This document shows positions 1-9,549 of a DNA stretch of 33,248 nt, piece after piece. The notes beneath the pieces were generated by a model. That model worked only from the letters and a program-made list of their open reading frames with translations, made no database searches and was not told where the DNA came from. Positions within the stretch are counted from its first letter, which is position 1, and each line of letters opens with the position of its first letter. The stretch lies in IMG/VR virus record IMGVR_UViG_3300027838_000022, positions 1-33,248 of that record; one strand, given 5' to 3'. The stretch is from a virus (taxonomy: Duplodnaviria > Caudoviricetes). The position numbers and the translations under genes are program-made.

Positions 1-373
1 TTGCAGCATTATATAAAGCAACCTCATCTTCCATATTGTCAAGCATCATATTAGTAGTATCAAAATATGTGGGGTCTACTATCTTTTTTCTAACACTTGA
101 GAATACCCACAGTAAAAATTTAATTAGCTTTATGTCATCTATCCACCCTTGCTCTAGAACATATGCAGTAGAAAGAAGAACATCTACCCCGCCCTCTTCT
201 AATTTGGGGAACGTAATTCTTTCGCTGAAGGGCCAAAAAGAGGATTTAAAGAGTCTAGAGAGAAGCCTTGTTTTCTTCCCATCTAGGTTTCTATGAAACA
301 TAGAGGATTTGAGTGAGGGATGACTATGAAGGTCAACCAATATTGCATCGTCGTGTAGTTTCTGCCAGTCCAT
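1..373 (-). CDS. Membrane dipeptidase (peptidase M19, amidohydrolase fold), N-terminal part; runs off the window edge
   Basis: Not in the ORF track. Manual translation from ATG at 373: MDWQKLHDDAILVDLHSHPSLK...ITFPKLEEGGVDVLLSTAY. The LH...VDxHxH and P.L..GGV motifs fit the M19 N-terminus. Confidence 0.75.
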   Translation of the reverse strand, partial: MDWQKLHDDAILVDLHSHPSLKSSMFHRNLDGKKTRLLSRLFKSSFWPFSERITFPKLEEGGVDVLLSTAYVLEQGWIDDIKLIKFLLWVFSSVRKKIVDPTYFDTTNMMLDNMEDEVALYNAA

Positions 374-382
374 ATTATTGTC

Positions 383-646
383 TTAAAACAAGGGAATGAT
401 AAATTTCCATAGGACTACAACTACGGCTGACGCTATCGTCAACCACTTTAGGGCTTTAGCTAATGCCAATAAAAGCTCTTTAAGGGGGCGAGGCTTGTTT
501 TGCAAAATCTCAAACTTTTCTGTGAGCTTTTCCTTTTTCTTATCCCAGCCCTTGGGCTTATCTTCTTTTTCCTTTTTCTTTGCCGCCCTAGCCTCTTCTT
601 TCTCTATCTTAGCCAGCCTGTCATGATAAGTTTCTTGTTCTGCCAT
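383..646 (-). CDS. Hypothetical protein, Lys-rich with a C-terminal TM helix
   Basis: ORF track; AGGT SD-like element upstream; hydrophobic C-terminus. Confidence 0.6.
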   Translation of the reverse strand: MAEQETYHDRLAKIEKEEARAAKKKEKEDKPKGWDKKKEKLTEKFEILQNKPRPLKELLLALAKALKWLTIASAVVVVLWKFIIPLF

Positions 647-659
647 TTTAACTACCTAT

Positions 660-770
660 TTAAAAAATACCTACCCACCATCCTCTAGAGATGCCAAGGA
701 AGTATACACCAATTGCTAAACCGACAGCCAACAAAGGCTTTCTTTTAAGTAAATCTAAAATTTTCGACAT
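660..770 (-). CDS. Small membrane protein (36 aa)
   Basis: Manual translation MSKILDLLKRKPLLAVGLAIGVYFLGISRGWWVGIF; G-rich SD upstream; fills the gap between genes. Confidence 0.6.
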   Translation of the reverse strand: MSKILDLLKRKPLLAVGLAIGVYFLGISRGWWVGIF

Positions 771-791
771 TTTAATGCCCCCCTAAAAGTG

Positions 792-1742
792 TTACTTAGG
801 ACTAATTCTAATAAGAAACGGAAACTCGTTTATCTCGCCTTCCGTACTTTTTTCCTCATCCTTTTCGTCTTTCTTGTTCGATGACCCCTCAATCGGAAGC
901 TTAAGTATCTCGCTCAAACTCGGAACATCTTCATTAGTGTCTAAAGACCATAAAACATTATTCTTTTCTGCCCACGAATGCATCCTTCTTACGGGCACAA
1001 TAAAATTAAAACCTTCGCCTGCCCCCCTAACGAGCATGCCTACATATTTGCCGGTGTTGTCACCAGAGTCTTCAGATAAGAACACTCCGCCGCCACTAGA
1101 ACCCGGAAATGCTGTTACTGTTGTTTGGTCAAACACAATGCCCCCGCTGCTGCCAAGATTAAGCACTCTGCCTACCTTAGACATAATTCCACGGGTCATA
1201 GAATTAGCGCCCTGCTGTCCAAGCAGAGAGCCGACATGATACAGTTCTGTGCCGATTGGAGTAATTTTATCTCCCTCTAGGAAGAACTGGGCGTCTACAT
1301 CAATAAAACTTCTTTTTCTTACCATCAGCAGGGCTAAGTCTTCTCCGTTGTCAGCATCGCTGTATTTTATTACCTTGGCGTCCATTTTCAATTCGCCAAC
1401 TCTGCGACCATTCTCTGTTAGTTCTTTAACTATTTGAGCATCTTTGAATTCAACCAATCTTTTTTGTTGACCGTTCACAATTACGGTTCTAACAGAGCGC
1501 AAGCTATCTATGACGTGTCCAGCAGTCCACACAAAGTTAATTTTTTCAGTTGTCTTGGGGCCAGTTTTTACTTCTCTGGTTATGAGAACTCCAGAGCCTT
1601 CGCTAAAGCTAGCTTTAATGGTAACAGAAACCTTTTGCAGGTGTTCATAGAGGTCATTGGCCTTAACAATAGAGACCTGCAAAAAAAGACCTAAGAGCAT
1701 GACTACTGCCAGAAACTTATTTTTCATTGTAAATCCTTCCAT
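792..1742 (-). CDS. Secreted trypsin-like (S1) serine protease
   Basis: Signal peptide; catalytic triad motifs TAGH, DLALL and PGSSGGG. Confidence 0.88.
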   Translation of the reverse strand: MEGFTMKNKFLAVVMLLGLFLQVSIVKANDLYEHLQKVSVTIKASFSEGSGVLITREVKTGPKTTEKINFVWTAGHVIDSLRSVRTVIVNGQQKRLVEFKDAQIVKELTENGRRVGELKMDAKVIKYSDADNGEDLALLMVRKRSFIDVDAQFFLEGDKITPIGTELYHVGSLLGQQGANSMTRGIMSKVGRVLNLGSSGGIVFDQTTVTAFPGSSGGGVFLSEDSGDNTGKYVGMLVRGAGEGFNFIVPVRRMHSWAEKNNVLWSLDTNEDVPSLSEILKLPIEGSSNKKDEKDEEKSTEGEINEFPFLIRISPK

Positions 1743-1751
1743 TCCTTAAAC

Positions 1752-2069
1752 TTAATTATCTAATTTCTTATCTATTCGTTCCAAAATGTCTGCTATCCGT
1801 CTCTGGTCGCCAACTATTTGTGTCATGACACTCTGCATATCTTTTTGTATTTCAGCCCAGCTTCGTGGAATATATGCTAATGGTGTACCGTCTGAATCAC
1901 ATTTATCTAGTATTTCATGTGCGCTTCTCATCCAGTCCCTTTCTTCGTCGGTTAAGACGGATTTTTTAGGCATAGCTTTTACAATTAATACTTCAATAAT
2001 TTTTCCCAACGCTATTACGATTGCGACAATCGCAGCTAGTACGGGAACCTCTAGGATAGACTCAGGCAT
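1752..2069 (-). CDS. Hypothetical membrane protein (N-terminal TM plus coiled coil; holin-like layout)
   Basis: Hydrophobic N-terminal helix and a heptad-like C-terminus. Confidence 0.5.
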   Translation of the reverse strand: MPESILEVPVLAAIVAIVIALGKIIEVLIVKAMPKKSVLTDEERDWMRSAHEILDKCDSDGTPLAYIPRSWAEIQKDMQSVMTQIVGDQRRIADILERIDKKLDN

Positions 2070-2083
2070 TTTATCTCATTTAT

Positions 2084-2125
2084 AAAAAAAAAGAGGAGGC
2101 GGGTTTGCACCCGCGCACCTCCCCC
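2084..2125 (-). terminator. Rho-independent terminator after the 2138..2788 gene
   Basis: GGAGG-tgc-GCGGGT-GCAA-ACCCGC-CTCC hairpin followed by a run of 9 T on the minus strand. Confidence 0.8.
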
Positions 2126-2137
2126 AAATAAAGGGCG

Positions 2138-2788
2138 TTAGCCCGTTTTCTGTTTGTAGTCATCTTGCTTAGGAAGCTTTGCCCCAAACATGTAAACCAA
2201 TTCACCACGGTCAGCACCAGTTTCACTGCGAACATTGCAAACAGCATCGTCGCTAGAATTGGTGGTGTTGTCTGTGGTAAGCTTAAAGGTAGCGTTGAGA
2301 ATGGCAACGATGCCACCGGTAACGCTAGAAGAAGCGGAACTGTTCCAGTTGCTTCTCTGTGCAGAAATACCAGTTGCGTCCCAAGCACCATCGGTAAGCG
2401 CCGTGATACTCTTGGAGCCATACATTTTCTGACGGCCTCTCTTGTCAGCCTGTCGCCACTGAGTATCAGAACCAACAATTCTAAGCATGGAAGTTGTGAT
2501 GTTATTAATCTTAGTGCTATAACCCCTGATTAAAAACTGAGGGTCTTCGGGAGTGGGCTGATATGCCAACGTGCCTGAACCTTTAGCCGTCTGAACGCCA
2601 GTTGCAGACGCAGTACCGGTTAAAGCAATGACTTTTGCACCATAACCCATAGACCAACCACTATCTTCAGCGAAGTCACGAAGACTTTTACCAGTCCATT
2701 TTGAATCAGCAATAGTACCGCCGTGAAGGATGACTCCACCGTTTATCTTTTCATTGCCGCTTGTAACTGCTTGATAAGGAATTGCCAT
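2138..2788 (-). CDS. Ser/Thr/Gly/Ala-rich protein, possible virion structural protein
   Basis: Amino-acid composition; GAGG SD; has its own promoter-like motif and terminator. Confidence 0.45.
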   Translation of the reverse strand: MAIPYQAVTSGNEKINGGVILHGGTIADSKWTGKSLRDFAEDSGWSMGYGAKVIALTGTASATGVQTAKGSGTLAYQPTPEDPQFLIRGYSTKINNITTSMLRIVGSDTQWRQADKRGRQKMYGSKSITALTDGAWDATGISAQRSNWNSSASSSVTGGIVAILNATFKLTTDNTTNSSDDAVCNVRSETGADRGELVYMFGAKLPKQDDYKQKTG

Positions 2789-2861
2789 TTTTATTACCTC
2801 GTATTGATAAATGGCCAGCTATAGTCCCATTTTTTCCTATAATTAGTTCCAGTTCCTAGCA

Positions 2862-2871
2862 TATTATACAC
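2862..2871 (-). promoter_or_regulatory. GTGTATAATA motif, candidate -35-less (late) promoter
   Basis: The identical 10-mer is also intergenic at 9550-9559; no TTGACA-like -35. Confidence 0.45.
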
Positions 2872-2881
2872 GGTTTTTAAA

Positions 2882-3370
2882 TTAACCGTGTCTTTTTTTT
2901 AGTTTCTCTATGCCTTTTTGGACATACTGCCTAGCCGTTTCCCGGCTATAATTATTTTTTTTAGCAATTTCCTGTACTGTATACCCATATATAAATTTTT
3001 GTTTTATTGCTATTGCAAGCTTTTCTGGAAGTGAGTCAATCCAATCCAGCGTTTCGCAGATATTTATATCTTCACAGTCTCCGTCCACAGAAAGATTAGT
3101 AGAGATTCTTTTGGCTTTTTTGTATTCAGATAGCTGTCTTTTACATTCCCAATCTATACAATTATACAAAAAGGATGTAAATTTTACTTTTCTCTCGGAG
3201 TCAAAATTTCTTAGGGCGTCCCACAGGGCAACAAGCTTACATCTATGCAGGTCTTCTGCGGATATTCTACTTATATATTTCTTGCAAACGTGATTTATTA
3301 TTTTTATATTGTCTTCGTCCTTTAGAGCTTCTTCAAACTCCCTGTCCTTCGCTTTGCTCATTTTGTTCAT
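2882..3370 (-). CDS. Sigma-70/ECF-family RNA polymerase sigma factor
   Basis: Region 2-like EDL...ALWDALRNFDSERKVKFTSFLY and region 4 HTH LPEK...GYTVQEIAKKNNYSRETARQ. Confidence 0.8.
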   Translation of the reverse strand: MNKMSKAKDREFEEALKDEDNIKIINHVCKKYISRISAEDLHRCKLVALWDALRNFDSERKVKFTSFLYNCIDWECKRQLSEYKKAKRISTNLSVDGDCEDINICETLDWIDSLPEKLAIAIKQKFIYGYTVQEIAKKNNYSRETARQYVQKGIEKLKKRHG

Positions 3371-4028
3371 TTTGTTCCTCCGAACTCACAATAACTCCCC
3401 CGGAAAAATCTCTAGCAAGCTTAAATGTAGAAAGCTTTTTGATAAAATTTTCGTCCATATTGTTCGAGCTAACATAATCATATTCCCCGTTGGGAAACAC
3501 AAAAATAGCCCAATATTTATCTGTTTGAACTTGTGTTTTTATTGTTTCAATTATTTCGTATGTTTCCTCGCAAATTCTACTGTCTTGTTCTTCTTCTTCT
3601 GATGTTTGGGTTATAGTGCTTTCAATTTTAATTCTAATTCCATCCCAACCATTGAAAGTAAATAGCTTTCCTATACCAACAAAAAATCTATATCTACTTA
3701 AAATAGATAAAAGCTCTATGCCCTCTGTCCTTTCTATTTCTGATTTAATTTGGTTTGTGATTTCAAAATTTGTATATCCAAGCCAACAATCAAACTGTTT
3801 GTCTGGACGATTAACGTCCTCGTTATGAAAAAAGCCAATCGGCGTTGAAATCATGTTAAACGGGTTCATTCCAAAGTCAGACCCTTGGAAGAGTATGTTC
3901 CCATGAGATAATGCTTCGTCAATTGCTTCGTCAACAGGCTCTTGTGTATAAGTCTCTTCTAAAACTTCTGGCTCCTTGGCTTCCCATTTTTCCCACGCTA
4001 TTTTTCTTTTTTCTGGAGGCATAATCAA
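3333..4028 (-). CDS. Hypothetical protein
   Basis: Long ORF, AGGAG SD, operon context. Confidence 0.6.
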   Translation of the reverse strand: MIMPPEKRKIAWEKWEAKEPEVLEETYTQEPVDEAIDEALSHGNILFQGSDFGMNPFNMISTPIGFFHNEDVNRPDKQFDCWLGYTNFEITNQIKSEIERTEGIELLSILSRYRFFVGIGKLFTFNGWDGIRIKIESTITQTSEEEEQDSRICEETYEIIETIKTQVQTDKYWAIFVFPNGEYDYVSSNNMDENFIKKLSTFKLARDFSGGVIVSSEEQNEQNEQSEGQGV

Positions 4029-4046
4029 ACTCCTATTTTTTCGTGG

Positions 4047-4397
4047 TTACTCTTCTTTGTGTGTGTTTATTCTATTAGCCAAATCCGTAGGTTTTACTAC
4101 TACTTCTTGTCCCGATTTATCCTGTATTTTTCCATCGAGCTTTGTTTTTAGTAAAGAGGTTAAAACTCTGGCTGTTTCCTCTTTGTTTTGTCTCATTAGC
4201 TGGTCAGTTAAAAAAATGAATGTTCCGTTGGCAAGCTCACCAGAAAAAACTTGAACAAACATGTCTGCAAAATTGTTTACGTCACAGTGTTGCTCATAAA
4301 ATTCACACTCACAATATATTTCTCCAGAATTGTCAACTGAAAATTTTATAAAGGAGTTCGTTTGTTCCTCATTTTTATAGTCGTCACCGGTTTCCAT
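4047..4397 (-). CDS. Hypothetical protein
   Basis: ORF track; operon context. Confidence 0.55.
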   Translation of the reverse strand: METGDDYKNEEQTNSFIKFSVDNSGEIYCECEFYEQHCDVNNFADMFVQVFSGELANGTFIFLTDQLMRQNKEETARVLTSLLKTKLDGKIQDKSGQEVVVKPTDLANRINTHKEE

Positions 4398-4403
4398 TGA
4401 TAT

Positions 4404-4796
4404 TTATCTTCCAGTCAGGGCTAGGTTGATATGTTTTATGATTTCATTATAATTAAAGTCTATCTGTTCTTTCTTGCTTAAAACATTAAACATTTTTATC
4501 CAGCTCCCAAGCTTATTTTTTATCGTGTCTGGAATAATCGTAATATAATTGAGATAGAGGTTGCCTTCTCTGTTGGAAACACAGCAGAAATGTTTTTCTG
4601 GCCACTCTGGGTGGGTTTCTAGGTGTTTTTTAACAATGCGGTTTAAAACATCTTCTATTTTTTGCTCGTCGTAGAGGGCGAGTCTGGGAACGCCACCATG
4701 TCCTACTGTTAGCATTTTAAAGTTGACGGCACTGTCGTCTTCTAGGTTGTGGGCTATAATACCCAAATTAACTATAACCTTATATCTTAATGACAA
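4404..4796 (-). CDS. Hypothetical protein
   Basis: ORF track; AGGAG SD before the TTG start. Confidence 0.55.
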   Translation of the reverse strand: MSLRYKVIVNLGIIAHNLEDDSAVNFKMLTVGHGGVPRLALYDEQKIEDVLNRIVKKHLETHPEWPEKHFCCVSNREGNLYLNYITIIPDTIKNKLGSWIKMFNVLSKKEQIDFNYNEIIKHINLALTGR

Positions 4797-4807
4797 TCGC
4801 TCTGCTC

Positions 4808-5878
4808 CTATCCAAGACTAAGGCTGGATACTATTTCTCTTGCGGTATTTTCCCAAGAAAATTTTTCAGCGGTTTTTATTCCCTCTGTATTTATTAAATC
4901 TTTGCCTGACCTTTTTTGTTCGTATACGCTTCTCATATGATTTGATATGTCAGAAATTTGTTCATCATCAATTTTTGCCCATTTACCCTGACCTTTAAAC
5001 CATTTTCCGTCAAACGCATCTTCTGTGGAGTTGATGTCAACTAAGAGAGAGTTAGAATCGTTGCAAAATTCTGTGTGGGCGGAATAATTTGTGGCGACAA
5101 TCTGTTTCCCACATGACATCATTTCAAGAGCTTCTAAATTCCACCCCTCTGCACGACTAGGAAAAACACCGCAGTCAGACTGCGCCATGATATTATACAC
5201 CTCTTTTTGTGTTTGTTGTCTGGGAATTATTCTAATCTTGTTTCCCAGTTTAGAATTTTTATATAGGCTCTGCCACTCCCTATTTCCTTCTACGTCATAG
5301 AAAGGATTGTGGCACATCATCCACAGTTCTACGTTGTCATCTTCATTAAACGCTTGATTGAACGCTTCAACTAGTACGTCGTGCCCCTTTCTAATTTCCC
5401 ACTTTCCAACATTTAGAAAAATTGTTTCTGTTCGGTTTGAATCTGTTTTAGGAAATATATTCCGGTCTACCCCTAGAGGTATGACAGAAACTCTATAGTG
5501 ACCCTTTTCTAAAGCGTCAACAACTATTTTTTTAGCCCAAGATGAGCAAACAAAAATCTCATCTAGGCTTTTAAGATGGTGTGTTTCGTTGGGGGCAAAT
5601 CGGTCAAGCTCAAAAATAGGAAACCCTACCCTTGTTCCCCTTCCCACAAATTGACTCATATCGTGCTGATGCCAAATCCTCACACATGGAGCAGAGAAGT
5701 TAGGCAAGCCCGCCTTAGATACACAGTCTCGCAGTACAGCCGCATCCTCTGCGGAGGCTTCAGGGCTTCCGATGGGCCACAGGGCAACATTTGCAATTTT
5801 AGATAGGTGTTTCGTCACATTAGCCCCTACTACACCGTATCCTAAGCTGTTTATTGGTGCTATTATATTTATGTCCAT
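4808..5878 (-). CDS. Glycosyltransferase family 4 (GT-B)
   Basis: FLNVGKWEIRKG and DCGVFPSRAEGWNLEALEMMSCG (EX7E motif). Confidence 0.9.
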   Translation of the reverse strand: MDINIIAPINSLGYGVVGANVTKHLSKIANVALWPIGSPEASAEDAAVLRDCVSKAGLPNFSAPCVRIWHQHDMSQFVGRGTRVGFPIFELDRFAPNETHHLKSLDEIFVCSSWAKKIVVDALEKGHYRVSVIPLGVDRNIFPKTDSNRTETIFLNVGKWEIRKGHDVLVEAFNQAFNEDDNVELWMMCHNPFYDVEGNREWQSLYKNSKLGNKIRIIPRQQTQKEVYNIMAQSDCGVFPSRAEGWNLEALEMMSCGKQIVATNYSAHTEFCNDSNSLLVDINSTEDAFDGKWFKGQGKWAKIDDEQISDISNHMRSVYEQKRSGKDLINTEGIKTAEKFSWENTAREIVSSLSLG

Positions 5879-6799
5879 TCAGCCCCCAATCCTTTGTGCC
5901 CAATAAGAAATGCTTGCCTTCTCATAATTTTTATTTATATCTTTTGTCTTTTCCACAATTTCCATCAGAATTTCTTCTGTGATATAATAGAGAGAGTTTA
6001 TTCTTATTACAGGCAAGCCTTCAAAATAAGAGGTGGTCTTGCTTTCCAATACTATTGGGGTACAGCCCAAGTATAAAGCCTCCCATATTCGATGACAGTC
6101 CACCCCATTCCCCTGTGGACAAAGAACAAATTGATGTTTAGCCATCTCTCTTAAGTATTCGTCTTTAGGAAGAGTGGGCTGCTCTTGTACGGTTGCCCAA
6201 GGAAAGTTTGAATTTGCAAAATGGCGTTTAAGATGAACTCTTTCGTTTGTATAGGTTTGCCAATTTACATAAAGAAGTTTATCTTTTTTGATTTCTTCAT
6301 TTTTGACTTGTGATATTAGTTCGGTATCGCCTTCCCCTACGCCCATAGGAATCCCCACAATTCTGTCATGACTTAGCATCGGATTTACTAAATACCACTT
6401 TTCAATATTAGAAGGAATTTCATTAAAAGTTGAAAGTGTAAAGGAATAACACTTTACTGAATAAGTGTCGTGAGAATCGCACTGTTCTTTATCACACCTA
6501 GCCGGAATAAATAAATCCGTATATCCTGCTTGTTCTATCTCGTTAGAAACAAACGGAATCCATTTCATCATATCCATGCCAACAGGATGCTCTTCTTGTT
6601 TTGCTAGCCCAAAATCGGTATAACCACTTACTACCGTATATTTTCTATCAGTTTGCTTGCATTTCTCAAAAAAGTCTTTTATGTGTTCAATGTTAATATA
6701 AACCAGACCGCCTTCTGGCAATGTGTCACCTGTGCGAAACTCCGTTTCACAAAACACATCTCTCCAAAATTTACAGTCTAACATTTCATTTGAATTCAT
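5879..6799 (-). CDS. Exostosin/GT47-like glycosyltransferase
   Basis: C-terminal FVLCPQGNGVDCHRIWEALYLGCTPIV motif. Confidence 0.8.
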   Translation of the reverse strand: MNSNEMLDCKFWRDVFCETEFRTGDTLPEGGLVYINIEHIKDFFEKCKQTDRKYTVVSGYTDFGLAKQEEHPVGMDMMKWIPFVSNEIEQAGYTDLFIPARCDKEQCDSHDTYSVKCYSFTLSTFNEIPSNIEKWYLVNPMLSHDRIVGIPMGVGEGDTELISQVKNEEIKKDKLLYVNWQTYTNERVHLKRHFANSNFPWATVQEQPTLPKDEYLREMAKHQFVLCPQGNGVDCHRIWEALYLGCTPIVLESKTTSYFEGLPVIRINSLYYITEEILMEIVEKTKDINKNYEKASISYWAQRIGG

Positions 6800-6829
6800 T
6801 TATGATTCCTTCCTAAATAGGGTTACTGC

Positions 6830-6859
6830 ATTTTAACAGCGAGGCTTTACTATTGTCAA
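6830..6859 (-). promoter_or_regulatory. Sigma-70 promoter for the glycosyltransferase operon
   Basis: TTGACA-18 nt-TAAAAT with a TGn extension. Confidence 0.7.
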
Positions 6860-6895
6860 CAATAATTATAGAGCGGGCCAGATAGCCTGATACAT

Positions 6896-6936
6896 AAAAA
6901 AAAGGGCCACAAAAACCCCTAAGAGTTTGTGCGACC
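6896..6936 (-). terminator. Rho-independent terminator
   Basis: GGTCGCACAAAC...GTTTTTGTGGCCC hairpin followed by 8 T. Confidence 0.7.
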
Positions 6937-6958
6937 TGTTTATTTTCGTAACTGTTTG

Positions 6959-7216
6959 CTATTCGCTGTCTTCTGTGGGAACACACTTTCCCTCTTTTTC
7001 CACGTAGCCCTCGTTGCAATTGGGTGGATACCCAGCCTTTTCGTCAGCATAAGATTCAACAGTCCTATTCAAAATATGGCCTGACGTGTTTAATTTTTCC
7101 CCCTTGCCCTTAAACAATAGGGGTCTTCCGTTCTTTTTATACGGCCCCTTTCTGGAATAATAAAAAAGCTCACCAGTTTTGGGGTCTTCGTATACAAATT
7201 TTTTTGGAGATGGCAT
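6959..7216 (-). CDS. Hypothetical protein with a C-terminal C-x2-GY-x5-C motif
   Basis: ORF track; YPPNCNEGYVEKEGKCVP. Confidence 0.55.
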   Translation of the reverse strand: MPSPKKFVYEDPKTGELFYYSRKGPYKKNGRPLLFKGKGEKLNTSGHILNRTVESYADEKAGYPPNCNEGYVEKEGKCVPTEDSE

Positions 7217-7243
7217 TGTTGTCTCTATTTTAGTAAGTGTCTA

Positions 7244-7573
7244 TTAAACCTGAAAACTACTCCCACACCCACAGCTTTTTGTGGCATTAGGATTATTGAA
7301 AACAAAACCACGCTTAGAAATATCAGTGTAATAATCTAACGTAGTTCCTTCTAAATACAACGCGCTTTTATTATCTACAATAACATCTACACCATGTTGA
7401 TGATATAACGCATCCTTTTCCTCATCGTAGTCATTGCCTACAGTTAAGTTATATTGGAAACCGGAGCATCCACCACCCTCCACAGCAATCCTTAGATATT
7501 TTTCTTCGGTATCTTTAAGGTATTGCTTAGCCTCTGCTCCTGCGGCTTCCGTTAATTTAATTGTTGATGGCAT
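7244..7573 (-). CDS. Fe-S cluster A-type carrier (IscA/HesB/ErpA family)
   Basis: LRIAVEGGGCSGFQY and C-terminal NPNATKSCGCGSSF. Confidence 0.95.
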   Translation of the reverse strand: MPSTIKLTEAAGAEAKQYLKDTEEKYLRIAVEGGGCSGFQYNLTVGNDYDEEKDALYHQHGVDVIVDNKSALYLEGTTLDYYTDISKRGFVFNNPNATKSCGCGSSFQV

Positions 7574-7575
7574 TA

Positions 7576-8190
7576 TTATTTTCCGTATAGTTTTCTAATT
7601 CTTGAAATGTCGTCTTTTTGTGGCGTTACTGTGTTGGGATTATAGTAAGGATACATCAACGCCGATTTGTCTGCGGAATGCCTCAGACCTAAAAGGTGTC
7701 CTATTTCGTGAGCAGCCACGGCCCGCAAAACAAAACTATTGTTCTCTTTCTTTAGTGTCCACTTTTCGGCAACATCAAATTTTGACAGGAGAAGCCCACT
7801 AAACTTTTTGCTTCCGGGTAGTTCTGCCCAAGCTAAAACGTCTCCGGGTTCACCAAAGCCTTCTGATGGTTTATTTCCAACACTAAAAACAATGTCGCAA
7901 TCAAAAATATTATCAACCTGATTAAAAGTCATGCCACAAATGTCAGACCAAGATTTAAAAGCTAGCTTAAACTGTAAATCCCAGCTTGACAGGGCCAATT
8001 CTTCTATGTCTCTATTTAAAAAGAAATACTTTAAATGTTTTTTGTCCCATTTATTTGCATTTTTTCGTTGCAGATGTTCTACATTTCCACATCTGAACGA
8101 GCAACCGCTCTCTGATAATTCCTCTTGCCCATAAGCCTCAAGACCGTAAAAACCAGACAAGCTGGTGTATAAGAATTGCCTACGTTGCAT
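7576..8190 (-). CDS. Matrixin (M10A) zinc metalloprotease with a Tat-like leader
   Basis: HEIGHLLGLRHS (HExxHxxGxxH), ALMYP Met-turn, N-terminal QRRQFL, RCG cysteine-switch-like motif. Confidence 0.9.
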   Translation of the reverse strand: MQRRQFLYTSLSGFYGLEAYGQEELSESGCSFRCGNVEHLQRKNANKWDKKHLKYFFLNRDIEELALSSWDLQFKLAFKSWSDICGMTFNQVDNIFDCDIVFSVGNKPSEGFGEPGDVLAWAELPGSKKFSGLLLSKFDVAEKWTLKKENNSFVLRAVAAHEIGHLLGLRHSADKSALMYPYYNPNTVTPQKDDISRIRKLYGK

Positions 8191-8254
8191 GTTGCACCCC
8201 TTTCAAAGTATGCAACCACAGAAATCCTCCTTTATTAAGGAACCCTCCAAAGAA

Positions 8255-9508
8255 TTACAAAACCGATTCCGTATCTGTTTCTATAAAATATCTAGGGCGA
8301 CCAGACATGTCAAGTCTTTGTGTATGCTGGTCTATCCCAAAATGCTTAAGCAAGGTGGCAGTAACATTTTGTGGATTAATTGGATTTGTTTTTGGTTCTT
8401 CTGCATTGCTGGTAGACTCACCAATAAATCGACCAGTCGGAAAGTCTCCACCAGCCAGCATAAGCGGAGACAGCCTTGGCCAATGGTCACGGCCAGCATT
8501 ACCATTTATTTTATATGTGCGGCCAAACTCTCCGGTTACTACTAGCAGGACATCTTTATTCATGCCTTTGGCATATATATCATTAATAAATGCTGATAAA
8601 GCCTTGTCAATAGGTGGAACCTTGCCCTTGAGGGCTTGTGAAATGTTGCCATGCATGTCCCATCCACCATACTGAACGGTGACAAATTTTGTGCCAGCTT
8701 CTACAAGTCTACGAGCTAAAAGAAGCTGTTCCCCTATGCCCTTGCCATAGTTGGCAAACATTGCAGGGGGTTCCTTTTTAATGTCAAAAGCTTCTGCCAC
8801 TTTACCTAAAAGCATGCTGTATGATTGGCTGCGAAGGTCTGACCATGCGTCAGCACCACTGTCAACGCCCTCTCTGAGCCTGTCCAAGCCACTCAAAAGC
8901 TCCTGATTACCCAAGAACCTCTCTGGTGTGATTTTTAATTGGAGGTTCTTAACCCCCTGTCCGCTAGACTCATATGGCTTTGTCTGACTTCCGAGCCACG
9001 CGCCTTCATCAAAGCTAATCCCATTAACTCTGACATAGGTGGGCATGCCACTAATAGGATGATTAGAGCCATAGGCTGACGACACGATAGAACCGTAAGA
9101 AGGGTGGTATGCAGGAGATTGCGGCGTGTTATCTGTACTGTTATGTCCAGTCATTACCCAGTGGGTTGCTGTGCGATGACTAGCATTGCCATGCGCAAAT
9201 GACCGAACCACAGATATCTTGTCACCTACGCCTGCCAGCCCAGTCCAGTCGCCCCCAATGAGATAATCACCATTGGTCATTATGCTGCCATTCACGGCTC
9301 GAACATTATCTGGAGCGTCTGGCTTAGGGTCAAATGTTTCTACTTGAGTAGCACCGCCACCAAGCCACACCCAAACTACAGACTTGTTGTTGGGAATAAG
9401 GCAGGTCGCGTCATCTGCATAAAGGTCAGAAAGACCTATGGCAGAAAGCCCTGCTCCAATACTACCAATCCTCATCAAGTCTCTGCGATTAAAACGAAGG
9501 TCAAGCAT
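8255..9508 (-). CDS. DUF1501 family protein (Tat signal; Planctomycetota-enriched)
   Basis: NRRDLMRIG, WLGGG..QVETFDPKP, LLARRLVEAGTKFV, GWDMH, GEFGRT, GRDHW, P.P..V.AT....GI. Confidence 0.92.
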   Translation of the reverse strand: MLDLRFNRRDLMRIGSIGAGLSAIGLSDLYADDATCLIPNNKSVVWVWLGGGATQVETFDPKPDAPDNVRAVNGSIMTNGDYLIGGDWTGLAGVGDKISVVRSFAHGNASHRTATHWVMTGHNSTDNTPQSPAYHPSYGSIVSSAYGSNHPISGMPTYVRVNGISFDEGAWLGSQTKPYESSGQGVKNLQLKITPERFLGNQELLSGLDRLREGVDSGADAWSDLRSQSYSMLLGKVAEAFDIKKEPPAMFANYGKGIGEQLLLARRLVEAGTKFVTVQYGGWDMHGNISQALKGKVPPIDKALSAFINDIYAKGMNKDVLLVVTGEFGRTYKINGNAGRDHWPRLSPLMLAGGDFPTGRFIGESTSNAEEPKTNPINPQNVTATLLKHFGIDQHTQRLDMSGRPRYFIETDTESVL

Positions 9509-9549
9509 TTGTGGACTCCCCCATCCTTAATTTTCGTAATAGTATATAT

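Noticed and set aside
2080-2478. Alternative-frame minus ORF (likewise 6813..7019, 12433..12693, 12775..12990)
   Set aside because: Nested in better-supported genes or running through terminators and promoters.
4404-4796. NUDIX-like call
   Set aside because: No Nudix box (GX5EX7REUXEEXG); left as hypothetical.
6896-6940. Possible riboswitch
   Set aside because: A single hairpin plus U-tract right after a stop codon; no aptamer consensus.
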